Under the pieces are notes generated by a model. The model was not told the origin of the DNA. It was given only the letters and a program-made list of their open reading frames with translations, and ran no database searches. Below, one piece after another: positions 12,428-25,863 of a stretch of DNA of 64,000 bases (position 1 is its first letter; the number at the start of each line of letters is the position of its first letter). This stretch comes from Trypethelium eluteriae (Eukaryota): positions 1 through 64,000 of the forward strand of contig JAVECL010000060.1 of NCBI GenBank assembly GCA_051942245.1, given 5' to 3'. A program made the translations under genes and the position numbers.

Positions 12428-14597
12428 CGGGTATTCCCCACCACTCGACCGGGCGCACCACCCGACCACCCCGATTCATTTCTACCACCTCAACTTCGAT
12501 CTCAGATATCTCAACAACTAGAGTAGCTAGAACAATATAAATTACATTAGGTTATGCAGTTTAATTAGGCGCATTTTTTGAGTCGTCAAAATCCTTCAGA
12601 AAACCATTTTGGAGGGCGTTTGTGGCGTTGAGGTTGTTTAGAGCTAGAAGAGGCTTCAGCAACACTCTCTTGGAGATCTACCTCCACCACATTATTTTGA
12701 AGTTGATTTGATAGTGGCAGCTGCTTTCGTCTAGATCTCCTTTGGTGTTTAGCCTTATTTTGGACCTGCCTGTTGATTGCTCGCTGTTGTAGAGCCTCCT
12801 CTCTCCGCCGAGCTTCAGCCTCTCTCTGCAAACGGCGCCTAGATTGAGCTTCCTCACGCTCTCGTCAACGCTGTGCTTTAGCTTCAACTTTTATTTGCTT
12901 CGCAGCTTGTTTTTGAAGCTGTCGCTTATGCCTTTGACGATGTTTCTGTTGCTCAGCCTTATCTTTTTTGACGATAGCGTCACAAATAGCCTTCACTTTT
13001 GATGGAGTATAAATAACTGCACCACCATGCTTATTAGGTATCTTTAACGCCTTTCAACCTTTCTGCTTTTATTCCTAAAGCTTTATTGTCTTTTTAAGAC
13101 CTGCTATTTTATGTTTTAACACCTAATTCTCCGCTGAGAACTTGAGTAACTTCGCTGTAATATAATCGATCTTACTTTAAAGTGTAGGGTCCAACTGTAT
13201 AACATACTGCCTATGCAGCTTTCTTATAACCGCCGGAGGTATATATGAGGAGGAATATGAGCTAGAGGCTTGATCTTGCTTTAGATGTTTATCTGGTAAT
13301 GTTGATATCTGTTTGAGAACAATATCTGGGTTAAACGGCTGGAGGCCTGCTTTTCGCCACCCACTCTTAATATTAGACGGTGAGAAAGCTTTCTTGAATG
13401 CAGGCCAAAAAAGCATGAAGAAATCCGATTTCTGGAGGTGTGTTAGGCCCTGAGATCTTATTATTTAATTGTCCAAATTCTGTGAATAATAGATAGCGAG
13501 AGGGCTGAATAGGCTTATGTTTAGGGGTTGAAGGTGATGAGTTGAATGAGGTGGGAATACTGCAATAAGGATTCGGTGTTTATTACAGAATTCAAGGAAA
13601 GTGCTATTAATATGGCTGCTGTGGCTATTAATAATAAGAAGCCTCCAATCTCGTCTATTTTGTGCTGTTGTTTTTGTGTTTTTTTTAAACACCTTAAAGA
13701 GCCAATAAAGTCCTATCTTATTATTTGTCCAACCCGTAAGTAAGCTCGCAAAGCTGCAGGCGTGCTTTACTGGGTTAAAATCCTGTGACCAGGTGTCTTG
13801 GAGATCGCTAGATTTGGCTTTAAAAACTACAGTAGGTGGTAGTACTTTGCCGGCCATAAAGATTGATGCTAGAATTGTTACCCATATTTGGTTCTTATCC
13901 ACGCCAGCTCCTTTTAAAATACCTCACTTATAGGCTGCTTTTGAGAATACTCTTTTCATCTTGCCAAGTTGGCCAATATAAAAACCTTTCTTATCCATGT
14001 TGTAAATGTTCTTTAGGAGAATATTGTATTCGGCCAATTTTTTCTCTATCTGCACTGATATTAGGCTAGAAACAACAAAAATCGGTTAACTTACTAGGTC
14101 AAAGTAGAGCTTGAGATGCTGATAATTATCTGCTCGCTTTTATGCGAGCTTAAAAGAGGTCAAAAAAAGGCTATCCAGCTCTTTGTGATGTTGTTTTATA
14201 AACTGTGAAAGCCAGCTCTTTCCAACTGTGCTTTTTGATAGATTCTCGGCCAGATTTCGAGTTAATTTTAATGTAGGAGGAATACCACACTGTGAAAGCT
14301 TATTTATATAGCTGATTAGAGCACATTCCTGTTGTTGTGATAGTTTGGTTTGGCAAATTAGGTGTGCCTGAGAAATAGACTGCGAGAGACCTTTGTGGCG
14401 ACGTGATAACGTTGTTCTATTCACATTGGATTTTTTAGCTATCTCAGAATAATTGGGAAGTTCCTGCGCATCTAATGCAGCAATCGCCGACCGAAAATTC
14501 TCAGAATCCGTGGAGTTATTGGCGTTCAAAGACATGATGAAATTGAGTTTGTGGGGTGGTCGGGTGGTGCGCCCGGTCGGGTGGTGGGGATGACCTC
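12428..14597 (-). mobile_element. pogo/Fot1-type (Tc1/mariner) DNA transposon, about 2.17 kb, RIP-degenerated
   Basis: About 44-bp TIRs (core ccccaccac[t/c]cgaccgggcgcaccacccgaccacccc) at 12428-12472 and 14553-14597, each bounded by TA. The interior holds a broken transposase. Confidence 0.92.
12586..14535 (-). pseudogene. pogo/Fot1 transposase pseudogene (HTH-psq, CENP-B HTH, DDE_1)
   Basis: NYSEIAKKSNVNRTTLSRRHKG; LSQQQECALISYINKL; LLIINSHSSH and PPHSTHHLQPLN where DGHGSH and QPLD are canonical; many in-frame TAA/TAG. Confidence 0.9.
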
Positions 14598-14717
14598 TAG
14601 TATATTTTAGTCACTCCGCTACCCCTGCACTCAATCAACCTCACCGATTGCTTATAGAACGTCTGCTGCCGGTACTAGTTACAAAGGCGAAGGCCGCGCA
14701 CAGCTCACAGCAGCAAA

Positions 14718-15601
14718 ATGAAGGTTGTAATCACTGGCTGTACCGGCTTCATTGGGCGCGAGGTGCTTGAGCAATGTCTTCAAAACGCTTCGATCACCTC
14801 CGTCCTTGCGCTTTCTCGCCGCGAACTCCCTTCCGCAACACAGAACCCAAAGTTGAAAGTCGCTATAGTAGATGACTTTCTCAGTTATTCGAATAAGCTA
14901 CTTGATGATGTAAAAGGTGCCGAGGCTGTTATATGGTAATGTGATGTTTGTTATCTTTCCTTCCTCCAAAGCATTCCCGATCTCAGTCTCGTTCACTCTG
15001 CACTCAATTTTCAGAAGACCAGAATTTATGCTGATGAGAGGGTAGGTGCCTGGGTAAGGCGTGTATGCCCGACAGCGACATGGCTCGAAAAGTTAGCGTC
15101 GATTACACGCTCGCAGCTGTAAAGGCCTTCGACCAAGCTAATACCGCCGCGGATAATGAGAAGAAGTTACGCTTTGTGTATCTCAGCGGCGCAGCGTCGG
15201 AACGAGACCCGATGAAGCCTCTTTGGTTCTTGCAGGACTATCGACGGATAAGGGTCCGTAATTACTTTCCTCGTCCACATCCGAGACTTTCAATGCTCTA
15301 TGTCAAAAATTCACTACCGGATGTACACGACTCCAAAGCCTGCCTTGACTGACATCAGGATTAGGGGCAAGTCGAGAACGAACTCATTGCACACGCCGAT
15401 GAGCATCCAAATGACTTTGAAACTTACATCATGCGTCCTGGATTTGTGCTTGCGAAAGACACAAACCTGCGAGATATGCTGAAGGGCTTGGCGCCATCGG
15501 TGAAGGTCAACGTGCTAGCATCGGCAATGATAAAGTCTGCGTTGGGGGGAAATGAGCATCAAATCGTGGAGAATAGCATGATTGCCTCGATGAAAGTTTA
15601 G
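14718..15601 (+). CDS. NAD(P)-binding Rossmann-fold protein (atypical SDR / epimerase-like), 3 exons
   Basis: MKVVITGCTGFIGREVL; LRFVYLSGAAS; final exon GQVENELI...YIMRPGFV...SMKV*. GT-AG introns near 14936-15045 and 15253-15364. Confidence 0.85.
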
Positions 15602-16124
15602 ATCCAGGGGGTCTGAGGAGTTTTGGGGAGGTGGTAATGAATCTGATTACTCATGCTGTGTACGAGCAACGCAAATAAGCCCGAGTCTCGATGATTTGAC
15701 TTCTATTTGGGTAGAAATCTTTCGCTGCTTTTGAGGGCGGCACACCAAGAGCCGGCATTCGCATTCAGCAGATCCAGGGTCATACTTCCAGGCGTACACA
15801 AGGCTAGAAAGCGCAGCGCCGGTTTAGACCCTTACCGTGACACTAACTCGTCAAAATAAGCACTGAAAAAGACATACAAGGACGACCGTGCTTATTTTGG
15901 CATACACAATATATTACTCTACAACGTACCGATGTATTCTCGATATCTCCTGTTTCTCGAGTCTTTCAGCCGAAGTCTAGTCTGTTATTCTGCAACGTCG
16001 GGTCGGACTTCAGCACACCAAAATCTCGGTGAACTCGAACGCGGGAGGACGCGACATAGTCTAACACTCTATCCAGGCGCCGTATCACTTACTATTACAA
16101 TCATGTTGCATCTTTACTGTCTCT

Positions 16125-17849
16125 TCACCGGACTGGAATCAACTCTATTGGCAACGGCTTTTTCTCCCACAACAAGTACGAAGGTTGATCCATCCACTCT
16201 TCCTGCAAGTGGCATCGTAGGTCAAAACGCCATAGGATCTTTGCCATCACGAGCCGCATCTCCATCAGTCCGATACTGCCGAACTTTGTCAGTCAATTAT
16301 CTTGCTGTCTTGAGTTGGTGGTCTTACTTTTGCCCAACGCAATTTCGTGGGCCGACGGAAAATGGCTGGCATGCTTCAAGCTTGTCTGCAGCAAAGCGGG
16401 GATCACTCTTTAACCATCTCTCAGGGATGAAAGACTCTGGGTCTTTGAAATTGGTTGGAGAAAGGGTCGCTGCCAGAATGCTGACTTGCACTGCGGTCTA
16501 CAAGTACTCAGCATTCATCATAAACGCACAAGCCGTAATACTTACTCCGGCTGGCACCCAACAGCCACTGATTCTTTCTCCACCTGGAGGGACAAGGCGT
16601 GGCAGACCTTCTGGGATTGGTGGAAATAAGCGTAAAGCTTCCTGAATACATGCAGACAAGTAATCAAGTTGTGCAAGCTTCTGGAAGGTCATCGCACAGT
16701 CATCTAAAAAAGCATCCCGGACTTCTCTTATTAGTTTCGACATGACTCGCTCATGCCGAGTAAGCAGGTAGGTCAAGGATGAAAGTAAAGTAGTAACTGT
16801 CTCAGTACCAGCGGCTACAAACAAGGTAGCGTTCGAGATTATTTCCGATTCTGCCATTTTCTCCTTTGCACTATTTGCATTGCTTTTGATCACTAGCGAA
16901 AGGAGATCTGCTTTTTCTGTCGGACCGTGAGCTATCTTTTCTTTAACTCTGTTCAGAATCAAGTCAAACTTGTCTACTTCCTTCTGCAAGATCAATCCTG
17001 TGGGAAGTAGTTTCCGCAAAAGAGTCACAGGTGGTGCAATGCTTTTCATTGTGCTAGCAAGGACTATGGCCTTCCAGGTCTTGCCGATCAAATTGATCCA
17101 TGGCTGATACTTTGGATCTTCAAGCGTGTTGAAAGGCTCTCCAAACGTTGTATCTGCAATAACATCGAAAGCCGTATAGTTGTACCACTTTGGATGGTTG
17201 ATACGTCAGTAAGGCTTTGGATTTGCAATTGGCGAGAGACAATGCTTGTTGTGCAAGCTTTTGTACTCACCTGGTTCAAATCGATCTCCCCGTTCGTCTT
17301 GGCTTGTTCTTCAAGTCGTGTGATAAGCTTCTGAACCAGGTACTGGATATGAGGTTCCTGATCTCGGAGGGCTCGGTCAGAAAAGGCCGGGTTGATAATT
17401 TTGCGCATACGAGCGTGATCGCCATGCCCAGCCAGGAAAACCGAGTTTGAGATTTGGTTTCGCGTCTCATTGAATGTGTCATAATTCTTTCCAAACACAG
17501 AACATGCCTTCCTACGCTCAGCGTAGATTGTCCTCAGAGCGTCTGCCTCAATAAAGGAAAGCTCATTTGGAGCAGTCCTCACGACAGGTCCATACTTCTG
17601 GTGGAGCGAATGGAATGTTGTCGCTAACTGGCCACTGGCATGACAGTAGGCGTACGGGAACTGACTTGCTGCAAAAGATCGCGGTCCTGGGAAACGAGCT
17701 AACGGATGCCAGGTCACATTGTATATAGCTTTCGCAACATGGTAGAGAAACTAGAATACTCTCAGCAAGACTCATGGAATGCAGAGCGGCTCTATTACGA
17801 TTAATGCCACAATCGGATAGACATAGTAAGTCCATGGGATTTCTGTCAT
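16125..17849 (-). CDS. Cytochrome P450 (secondary-metabolism type, CYP65-like), apparently intact, 5 exons
   Basis: MTEIPW...[10 protein letters not shown]-helix AAGTETV; EALR; FIPERW; heme motif [11 protein letters not shown]; ends [14 protein letters not shown]. The frame holds across the predicted introns. Confidence 0.9.
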
Positions 17850-18329
17850 ACTTGCTACTGACTGCATTTTGGATGATTTTGGAATTATTTGACATGAAAA
17901 TGCAGTTGTTCATTCTGCCCTCTCGCCTTGCCTTAAGCGCTACGGACCTAGATTCGGCCTCACAACTTCACGCTGCGCCCTTGAACCAACAAACGCGTCA
18001 CAGTCGTCTGTGGATCTTCCGCCTCTCTTGGCCAGGCCATTCTATCAGACCGCGTGATGGGAGCGGCGGTTACTCAAAATCGTTTTTGTCGGAGCATTTG
18101 CGCATCTAGGTTAGCCTTGCTGGGCCTTTTCAAGGTTCGGACCTCCTGCAGTGTGGAGCCAAGTTCCCGATTTAGCCGATAGGCTCATGCAAGAGCTGGA
18201 ATGCTGTGCCGACATTACGTTGAGGCGAAGCTGAACCCACCGCCTCTTCTGTAGTAGACCATTGATCGGCTATTATGTACGGAGTACTTCGAACGTTGCA
18301 GTTCTAGGCTGCCATCAGAATTGAGCCCC

Positions 18330-19379
18330 ATGGAGGCACGCAAAGCTGAAGCTACATCACTCGGAAAGGCGATAGAGGCATCCTTGATCAAGCCGCGTAC
18401 GTATTCTACAAACTTACCGGTGGATCATTGCTATGGAACAAACGCCCATGGAGGCCTTCAGCTATGCATTGTCGTTTCGGCCATACAGCAACACTTTCGA
18501 TCCACGCTTCAGCAGTATGACCAACCAGACACCTTTGACATAGCAGCAGTATACTTGCGTCCAGCAACTACCGGCAAGGTTATTGTAGATCTCGAGGATG
18601 TCAAACTGGGTGCATCTATATCCACTGTGCACTTTACTTTACGCCAAAATGGGAAAAACATCGTCGTTGGATACGCATCGTAAGTTTGCAACTATGAACT
18701 GAGTCTTCCATCTCTTACCCAGCGTAGGAACACCAATCTGAAGTTAGCCACGGGGATCTCGCATTTATCTTCCACCACTCTTGATCCTCGGCCAGCTCCT
18801 GCCAATTTCATCAGACTCAAAAATAACGGCATGGATGCTAACTGGGTTGGCTTCACGATCCCGTATCATCCAATGAGCTTTCTCAAGCCTGTCACCCATT
18901 TTCAGTTCTTCTCCCCTATCAATGCTCCTGCCCAAAATAATATCACAGACGTATGGATAAGATTTGCCTCTGCGCAAGAGAAGTTTACAACAGTAATGCT
19001 TGGTTCAATAGCCGATCATTGGCATCGCATGCCAGAAAATTACCTACCACAATCTAAGTGGAACAATGTTCAGCTCCCGAAGATCGCATTGCAAGCAGCT
19101 AATACTGGCTCCGTTATTCAGGGATACTCAACATCATACAGATACCCTACACTATCACTGCACCTAGAAATTAAGAAGAAGCTTCCACCAGAAGGTACAC
19201 AATTCCTATTCATCCGAGCACAGTCAAATGAAATCAAGAACGGCCGTTTTGATGCTAATATTACCATCCTGGACGAGAATCTGGAGCTCGTTGCTCTCAG
19301 TCACCAAGTTTGCTTGGTTACGAAGGGTGCGCAGATACCGGACGTAGGGATGGAGCCGCGCAAAAGGGGCAAGCTATAG
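18330..19379 (+). CDS. Double-hotdog acyl-CoA thioesterase-like protein, 2 exons
   Basis: NAHGG, YLRPATTG..V.LEDVKLG, YPTLSLHLEIKK.LP, KNGRFD...ILDENLELVALSHQV. Intron about 18680-18728. Confidence 0.85.
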
Positions 19380-19405
19380 CAGCCATACCAAATATGGTTT
19401 AATAC

Positions 19406-20514
19406 TCAGGCTTGAGGGTACTTGATGGCCATCCAAGGCTCACTCGTGCTGAGCGGGATAGCTTTTCTCGCAACAATCCATGTCATCTCAAAATCCCAAT
19501 TGTTGACCGCATCATCTTCGCCGCACTTGATTGCTTCCATCAAATTCGACATAGCTTGAACATCCCTCTCAAGCTGCTCTTTTTCCGAACTAGGCGTAGA
19601 GTCTTGCGCTGCTTTACTCCGCTTTCGTTGGATGCTCGACTCAAGGAGGACAGTCGCTGCAGAAATAACGCCCATCTTCTTTCCGGCTGCGACAATCGGG
19701 TCAGGATGAGTGGCCGTCGATACGGTCTCAATCTGCTTCAAGCGCATTTGGTCTGAACTAAAGCTGTTGGGATTGTGCTGTCCCCGAGGAATCTCCGTCT
19801 GGAGCGATTGAATAGTCCTGATAAGTGGCGTTGCTATTCTATGAGCAGGAGATCAGTCTAATTCACTCTGAGAGATTGCTGGACCTACCCTGGCAACAGC
19901 CCTCGTGCGATCTTTTCTTCAATTGTGTAGTTGATCGTAGACCTAGCTAGTGTCGTCTCTGGTGTAGTCCAGCTATCTCCTGCATCGCATTCTTGCCATT
20001 GGAGATAACCTCCTGGTCCTACGACACGATAAGCGTCAATATATTGTTACATAAATAGGCGGCAGAATTGCAGTTGGTACTTACGTAACAGCTGTACGAT
20101 ATTTCCGACTACATTGTCCAGCTCAGTCGCCTTCATCACGTAGCTCACAAACCTTACATTAACAAGCTCAAATTTCTGGTGATATTCTTGCGGAAATGGC
20201 TTTGTCATGTCATGAGTTAGCAGTTCGATACCATCCTTTTGACACTCATCCTTGCTCGGATATTGCTGTGCTGAGATGTCGAACCCGACAAAAGATCTCA
20301 CGGTATCGGAGGTTTCCGTGCTTTGAGCAAGCTGTCGCAGCCAGATACCCGTGCCGGCCGCCACATCTGCAACATTGCTAAAGAGTTTCCAGGGGATCGA
20401 AGGATGAACAAGATGACCCCCAGATAGGGTGCGGAAAAACTGGTGCTGGGCGTCCAGACGTTGAGATTCAGTATGGTCTCGCCGAAGCATATAGCCATCT
20501 TCGTTTGATGGCAT
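19406..20514 (-). CDS. Class I SAM-dependent methyltransferase (LaeA-like family), 3 exons
   Basis: YMLRRDHTESQRLDAQH, VADVAAGTGIW, GFDISAQQYP, HDMTKPFP, LRPGGYLQWQE after splicing. Confidence 0.85.
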
Positions 20515-21802
20515 TGTTTTAATAGTTGCCGCTGATGCCGAATATTTTTTTGGTCTGTACGATATGACAGTATAAGCTTGACGATTTTGGCTGAGATTGA
20601 GCTGCTGGTCAAGTCGCGACCGAAAGAGATGGTTGTGTGACACAACGCGCCGTCTTAGCCGCGTCCATGCTGGAAGACCGATTATTCTTTTCAGCCTGGC
20701 TTAGCTATGAAGTGTGGAGATTCTACCTTTTGCCTCCATCGCATCGTCAAGCTTTCATCTGAAGCTAGGTAGCTACGGGCAACATGCACGTATAAACGCC
20801 ACCAACGTGCAACCATTTTCAGCTGCATTATCGTACTCTGCATATCAGCATCAAATGTGCGTGCACCTGCTGCTGCATCGGACAGGTAGTTTTGCTGTGC
20901 CTCTCCGAGGAATTTGCGGCTTCGTAATACTCTAGAGTAGCGCGTTGCGATTCGCCCGCGCTCAGAATAATAACAGTCTCCTTTCTCCCTTACAAATGAT
21001 GTGGTTTGTTAGCAGCAGCTTCTTCTGCCCAGGATAGGCCAATTGAGTCCTCTTTGACTTCGCATGCGTTAGATTGAGGTAACTCAACATCACTTTGCCT
21101 TACCAAGTGGGCTAGTGTAAGGCTGCCATCCAAACTCCTACGAGGGAATTTCCGTAGGGCGGCTCGGACCGGTCACCGGACGATATCGAGGGCTGGGGCT
21201 AGGTAGGCACTAGGATACCTTTAGGAAAGAAACGGCGGTCTACCCGTTGCCAAGACTCAGCCTCAGCATCGCTACATCATACGGTTACGGTAGCGGATAA
21301 AAGTCTCTGTGCCACCGGAAGGGATTGTCGAGCGGCTCATATTGGTCCAGGTGGCACAGAGAGTGTTGTCTCCCATGTTGACTTGATCAAGGTTCGTTGG
21401 CCGTTCGTACATATCCGATGCATCCGGTCAGCAGGCAAGCCCCCACAAGGATACTACTAACACATACCATTTCATCCACTTCCTCTAACATTCATCGGTG
21501 CATCGTCAATGAAACCCTACTGCATCGCATGAGGTCGAGATGTGGAGCCCCTAAGTCAGCTCCATTCACCATACCAGAAAGGATCCTGCAGAAGCAGTCG
21601 CCTCTCGTTGACCAACAGGTTAATTATCTTTTACTACCATAGTCCCGTTTCCACAAGGCTAGAGACTCTAGCATAATTAGTGATAGGCTTTCAGGATCGT
21701 GTGTAAGCTACCTTGCTACTTAGTTTCTTCCCCCTAGCGACTCCTACTTCAAATCGTTGACACTTTCAGAGACTACCCATCAGACCATTTCGACCTTTCA
21801 GT

Positions 21803-23097
21803 ATGAGTCCCGAGCAGCTTCGTATATTGAGCGAGCAAAATAATGGATATCGTACCTATGTGGCTGTTGGATTTACCATTGGTATTACGTGTGTCACGAT
21901 CTTGTTACGGGTACTGGCCCGGAAGGTCAAAAAACTGTCTCTTGGAGCTGACGATTACATGATCTTCATTGGAGCCGTAGGTCGTATAGCTACTGGTGTT
22001 GTCTTCAGACGGCTCATTGAAACTCTGTAGGGTTTCACCATCATCACTGCTGGTTTTTGGATCTGGGGTATGTACCGAGCCTTGCGTCTCGACTCGGATC
22101 TGGACCCTCGCATTCACTGATCGTTCATCTACAGGTGTACAGAATGGCATAGGCAGACACTTGATCACTCTGGAATCTCAACAAATAATTAATTATTTCA
22201 AGGTTAGGTGCTTGAGCAAACAGCAAACAGATCTTGGATTAATAGACAATGAGGTCAGGCCGACTACATCATCTACCAAACGTACGGCGTGGCCTTGACC
22301 TCCATCAAGCTTTCCATACTCCTTTTCTACAGAAGAATTTTTGTGACACGGTCGTTTCGCCTGCAAGTCAACATTGTGGGCGCACTGGTGATTGTGTGGC
22401 TGTTTGTAAACGCTTTCGTCGCTGCCTTTCAATGCAATCCAGTCAAGAAAGAATGGATGGTTGAGATTCCGGGGAAATGTATGGATCCTCTCAACTACAT
22501 CGTCGGAGTCCATAGTACGAATATCGCTTTGGATTTTATCATTCTTGCTCTGCCTATGTCGGGAGTATGGCGCCTTCAGATGTCCGTTTCCAAGAAGATC
22601 GGTGTGGCAGCCATATTCCTTTTGGGTGGACTTTCTATTATCATTGCAATCATACGCTTGATCGTCATATTGAAGGCAGAACTTGATGACATCACATGTA
22701 TGATTCTCTGCAAGCTATAGAAAAACAAAAGAAAAAGAAAATCACTAACATTCTCTCAGGGTACACGGGCATCGCAAGCTGGACATGCGTCGAGCCTGGT
22801 GTTGAAGTCTTATCCGTATCGCTGCCCTCGATGGCGCCTTTCCTCCAAGGTAGGAAGTTCCTCGCCGACCTGCATTCTTCCTTCAGATCGCTCCTATCAT
22901 TTTCGAGGAAATCAAACCCGGATTCGGAGAGTGGAGTAAGCGGTGGGTTTTGTGAGATTGGCAGATCGACCAGGAACCTTGATCCGGCAGATCACGAATG
23001 GTCTTCTTCTGCGACTAGGGCAAAGGCTATCGATGAAGAGTCGGACCATATACCATTGCACTCGATCAGAGTGACGGATCAGGTAGACATTGCGTGA
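21803..23097 (+). CDS. PTH11-like (rhodopsin-domain) integral membrane protein
   Basis: LGADDYMI, GIGRH, IKLSILLFYRRIF, FQCNPV..W....GKC, DFIILALPM..VWRLQM...KKIGV..IFLLG, VEPGVEVLSVSLP. Confidence 0.88.
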
Positions 23098-23645
23098 AAA
23101 TCGCCCGATGAAGTTTTTGCATACCTAGGTAGCCAGCATGTTGCAATGCCTGGTCCCTGAAGCCGAATGAACAGCCTGCTACGATTGGCCGACCTTTCGA
23201 AAGATATTCGCTGGGTTTGACTGCATTCTTGCCATGTACTATAGTATCCTCGATGATAACAGTATCAAATGTGCATTATAAACTTTATGGAGTAATCCGA
23301 TACGGAAATCTCACCGCAGAGTCCCTCTTGCAACGCAATGGACTGCCGGACACTACAAGCAATCTAAGATTTGTCTTATGAAAGAGTATCAGGTATAGTC
23401 TTTCTACTGATATACGCAAAATACGACGTCTTCCCCAAAAAATAAGATTTTAGAACTTGCACAGCTTCTATGTGTGAGCGGCGGAAACCGTCTAGTCTCC
23501 ACAGCAATGGAGCAACTGCGGGGTGCATAAAGCCATGGGTGTTGGTAGATATCAAACTGCGCTTTGAGAGCTGAGCCAAGTCCCATCAACAAGACCTTGA
23601 CACATGCACGCAATTGACGAGCAGAGAAACACTTTTACCTCCGAA

Positions 23646-25822
23646 ATGTTCCCATTTGTTTACTTGAGTGAGCTTTCCACGTTCTCGCTTTGTCTCCTAG
23701 GAGTCACAACCTGGGTTCTTTGGCTAGTGGGACTAGTTATTCACCGTCTATACTTCCATCGATTCGCCAAAGTGCCTGGCCCGAGACTTGCTATTGTCAC
23801 CTACTGGTATGAGACGTACTATGAGATTGTGAAGCCGGCGCGATATAGTTGGAAAGTCGGAGAGCTACACGAACAATACGGTACGTCTATCTTAGAGGGT
23901 TTGTTCCATTTCCTTTGCTGTTGTTATTGGCCGGGATATCTAAGGCTTCGTGATGGGGTCTACTTGAAGAAAAAAAAGGAGATCAATATCTAGCGATGTT
24001 CCAGGACTTTTGGTTCATCTGTCTTGGACAGGACAAGAACTATTGATAACTTTAACCGCTGTACGCAATGCCATGAGATACCGCGCGTGGGGTAGCAATA
24101 CTGCTGAATTTTCTACCTCCGCCCCAGAGGGCAGCAACAAATACAACGTGATAATTGCGCTATATCTTTTTCCAAAAATTGTTGTAACTCGTCAGAGTAT
24201 TTTGCACCCTTCTATACTGACTCACGTTCTCTACCGCAGGCCCCATTATCCGCATCAACCCCTCCGAACTGCACATCAACGATCCAGATTACTACGACAC
24301 AATCTATACCTCCGCTAGGCACCGAGTCGACAAACCTCCAAAATCCGCCGACAGTTTCGGTCCCGTACCCGCAACCTTCGGTACAGGCGAACACGAATTG
24401 CACCGCATCCGACGCGCGCCGCTGAACAAGCATTTTTCCAAGAAATCCGTCGGTGACCTCCAGCCATGGATCTTCGAAAGCTTTGAGAAGCTGTGCGGTA
24501 GACTGAAGGAGGCATATGGGGATGGAGCAGTGGTGAATCTGAAGTATGCGTATTCGGCGGTGGCCCGGGATATTATTGATCAGTATTGCTTTTCAAGAAG
24601 GACGGACTCGGTGTCGATGCCTGATTTCAACATGAAATACAATGATGCGTTGGAGGAGGGGCATCATATGACGCCAATAGTGAGCCTATATGGGGCTGAT
24701 CATGTGTGGATTGCCGATTGCTGATTTCGATCATCTAGTTTATCCAGTTTCGATGGCTGGGTTACTTGTTGCATGCATTTCCGGTGAGGAATCGGTATCT
24801 CATCTCGATGTTACCCATCTGACTGAGAGGATGGTGTAGGGCTGGCTCACGAAAATGATCAATCCCGGTTTCGGACAGCTCCTGGATGAAATGGAGGTAA
24901 GTCAATCTTTGCTCTGTACTCATGGCATCTCGCCTGTGATACGTCTTTACATGGTCCTCGAGCTCGTTTGAACAAGACTGATGCCATCGAGTAGAGAGTA
25001 TCAGAACAAGTAGAGGATATGAGGGTAGGCAAATATGTCGCACACAAGCACTCAGAGCATCCTACCGTTCTCAAGGACTTGCTTGAGAGCGATCTACCTC
25101 AGGCCGAGAAAAAGAAGAATCGAATTCGTGCCGAAGCTCAGACCCTCATCGGAGCTGGGACGTCGACTGTGTAAGTCGACCCTCGCTGATTTCAGATTTT
25201 CAAACGTGGTTCCTAACCCAATGGCATTAGAGCCCTCGTTCTTACGACAACTACATGTCACCTGGAAGCCAACCCTACTACGCGCCTCAAGCTCTTTCAG
25301 GAACTCCAAGCGGCAATACCAGACCCCAGTGACTTCCCACCTCTTCAAGATCTCGAGCAGCTCCCATATCTCACGGCCGTCATTCTCGAGGGCCACCGCG
25401 TCAGCCATGCTGCTTCCCACCGTCTGCTCCGCTCTTTCCCCAGCACGACTTTTACCTACGGTAACACGGTCATCCCGCCCGGAACTACCATATCCATGAC
25501 ACCTCTTCTCATCCACCAAAATCCCGACATCTTTCCCGATCCGGCCGTCTTCAAGCCCGAGAGGTGGCTGGGACCAGATGCGCAGAAGCTGAAGCGTTAC
25601 TTGGTGCCCTTTGGAAAAGGTACAAGAATGTGCATCGGCTCCAACTTAGCAAATGCAGAACTGTACATTGGCCTTGCAATGGTGTTCCGTGAATTCAATT
25701 TCGAGCTTGTGGACGTTGTTCCCGAGAGGGATTATGTGGTCTCAAGGGACACAGTAATTGGTTCCATGAGTGCCAAGTCAAAGGGAGTCACTACGCTGGT
25801 TAAATTGACTGCAGATTGTTGA
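23646..25822 (+). CDS. Cytochrome P450 (trichodiene-oxygenase-like clan), apparently intact, multi-exon
   Basis: HRFAKVPGPRLA, GPIIRINPSELHINDPDYYDTIY, EAQTLIGAGTST, LEGHR, FKPERW, PFGKGTRMCIG. Confidence 0.9.
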
Positions 25823-25863
25823 TCCTGGAACGTTGCTTATTGATAGAGCTATATGTCTTCTAA

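Noticed and set aside
15932..16645. 237-aa + strand ORF
   Set aside because: Antisense to the P450 3' exons and has no recognisable domain.
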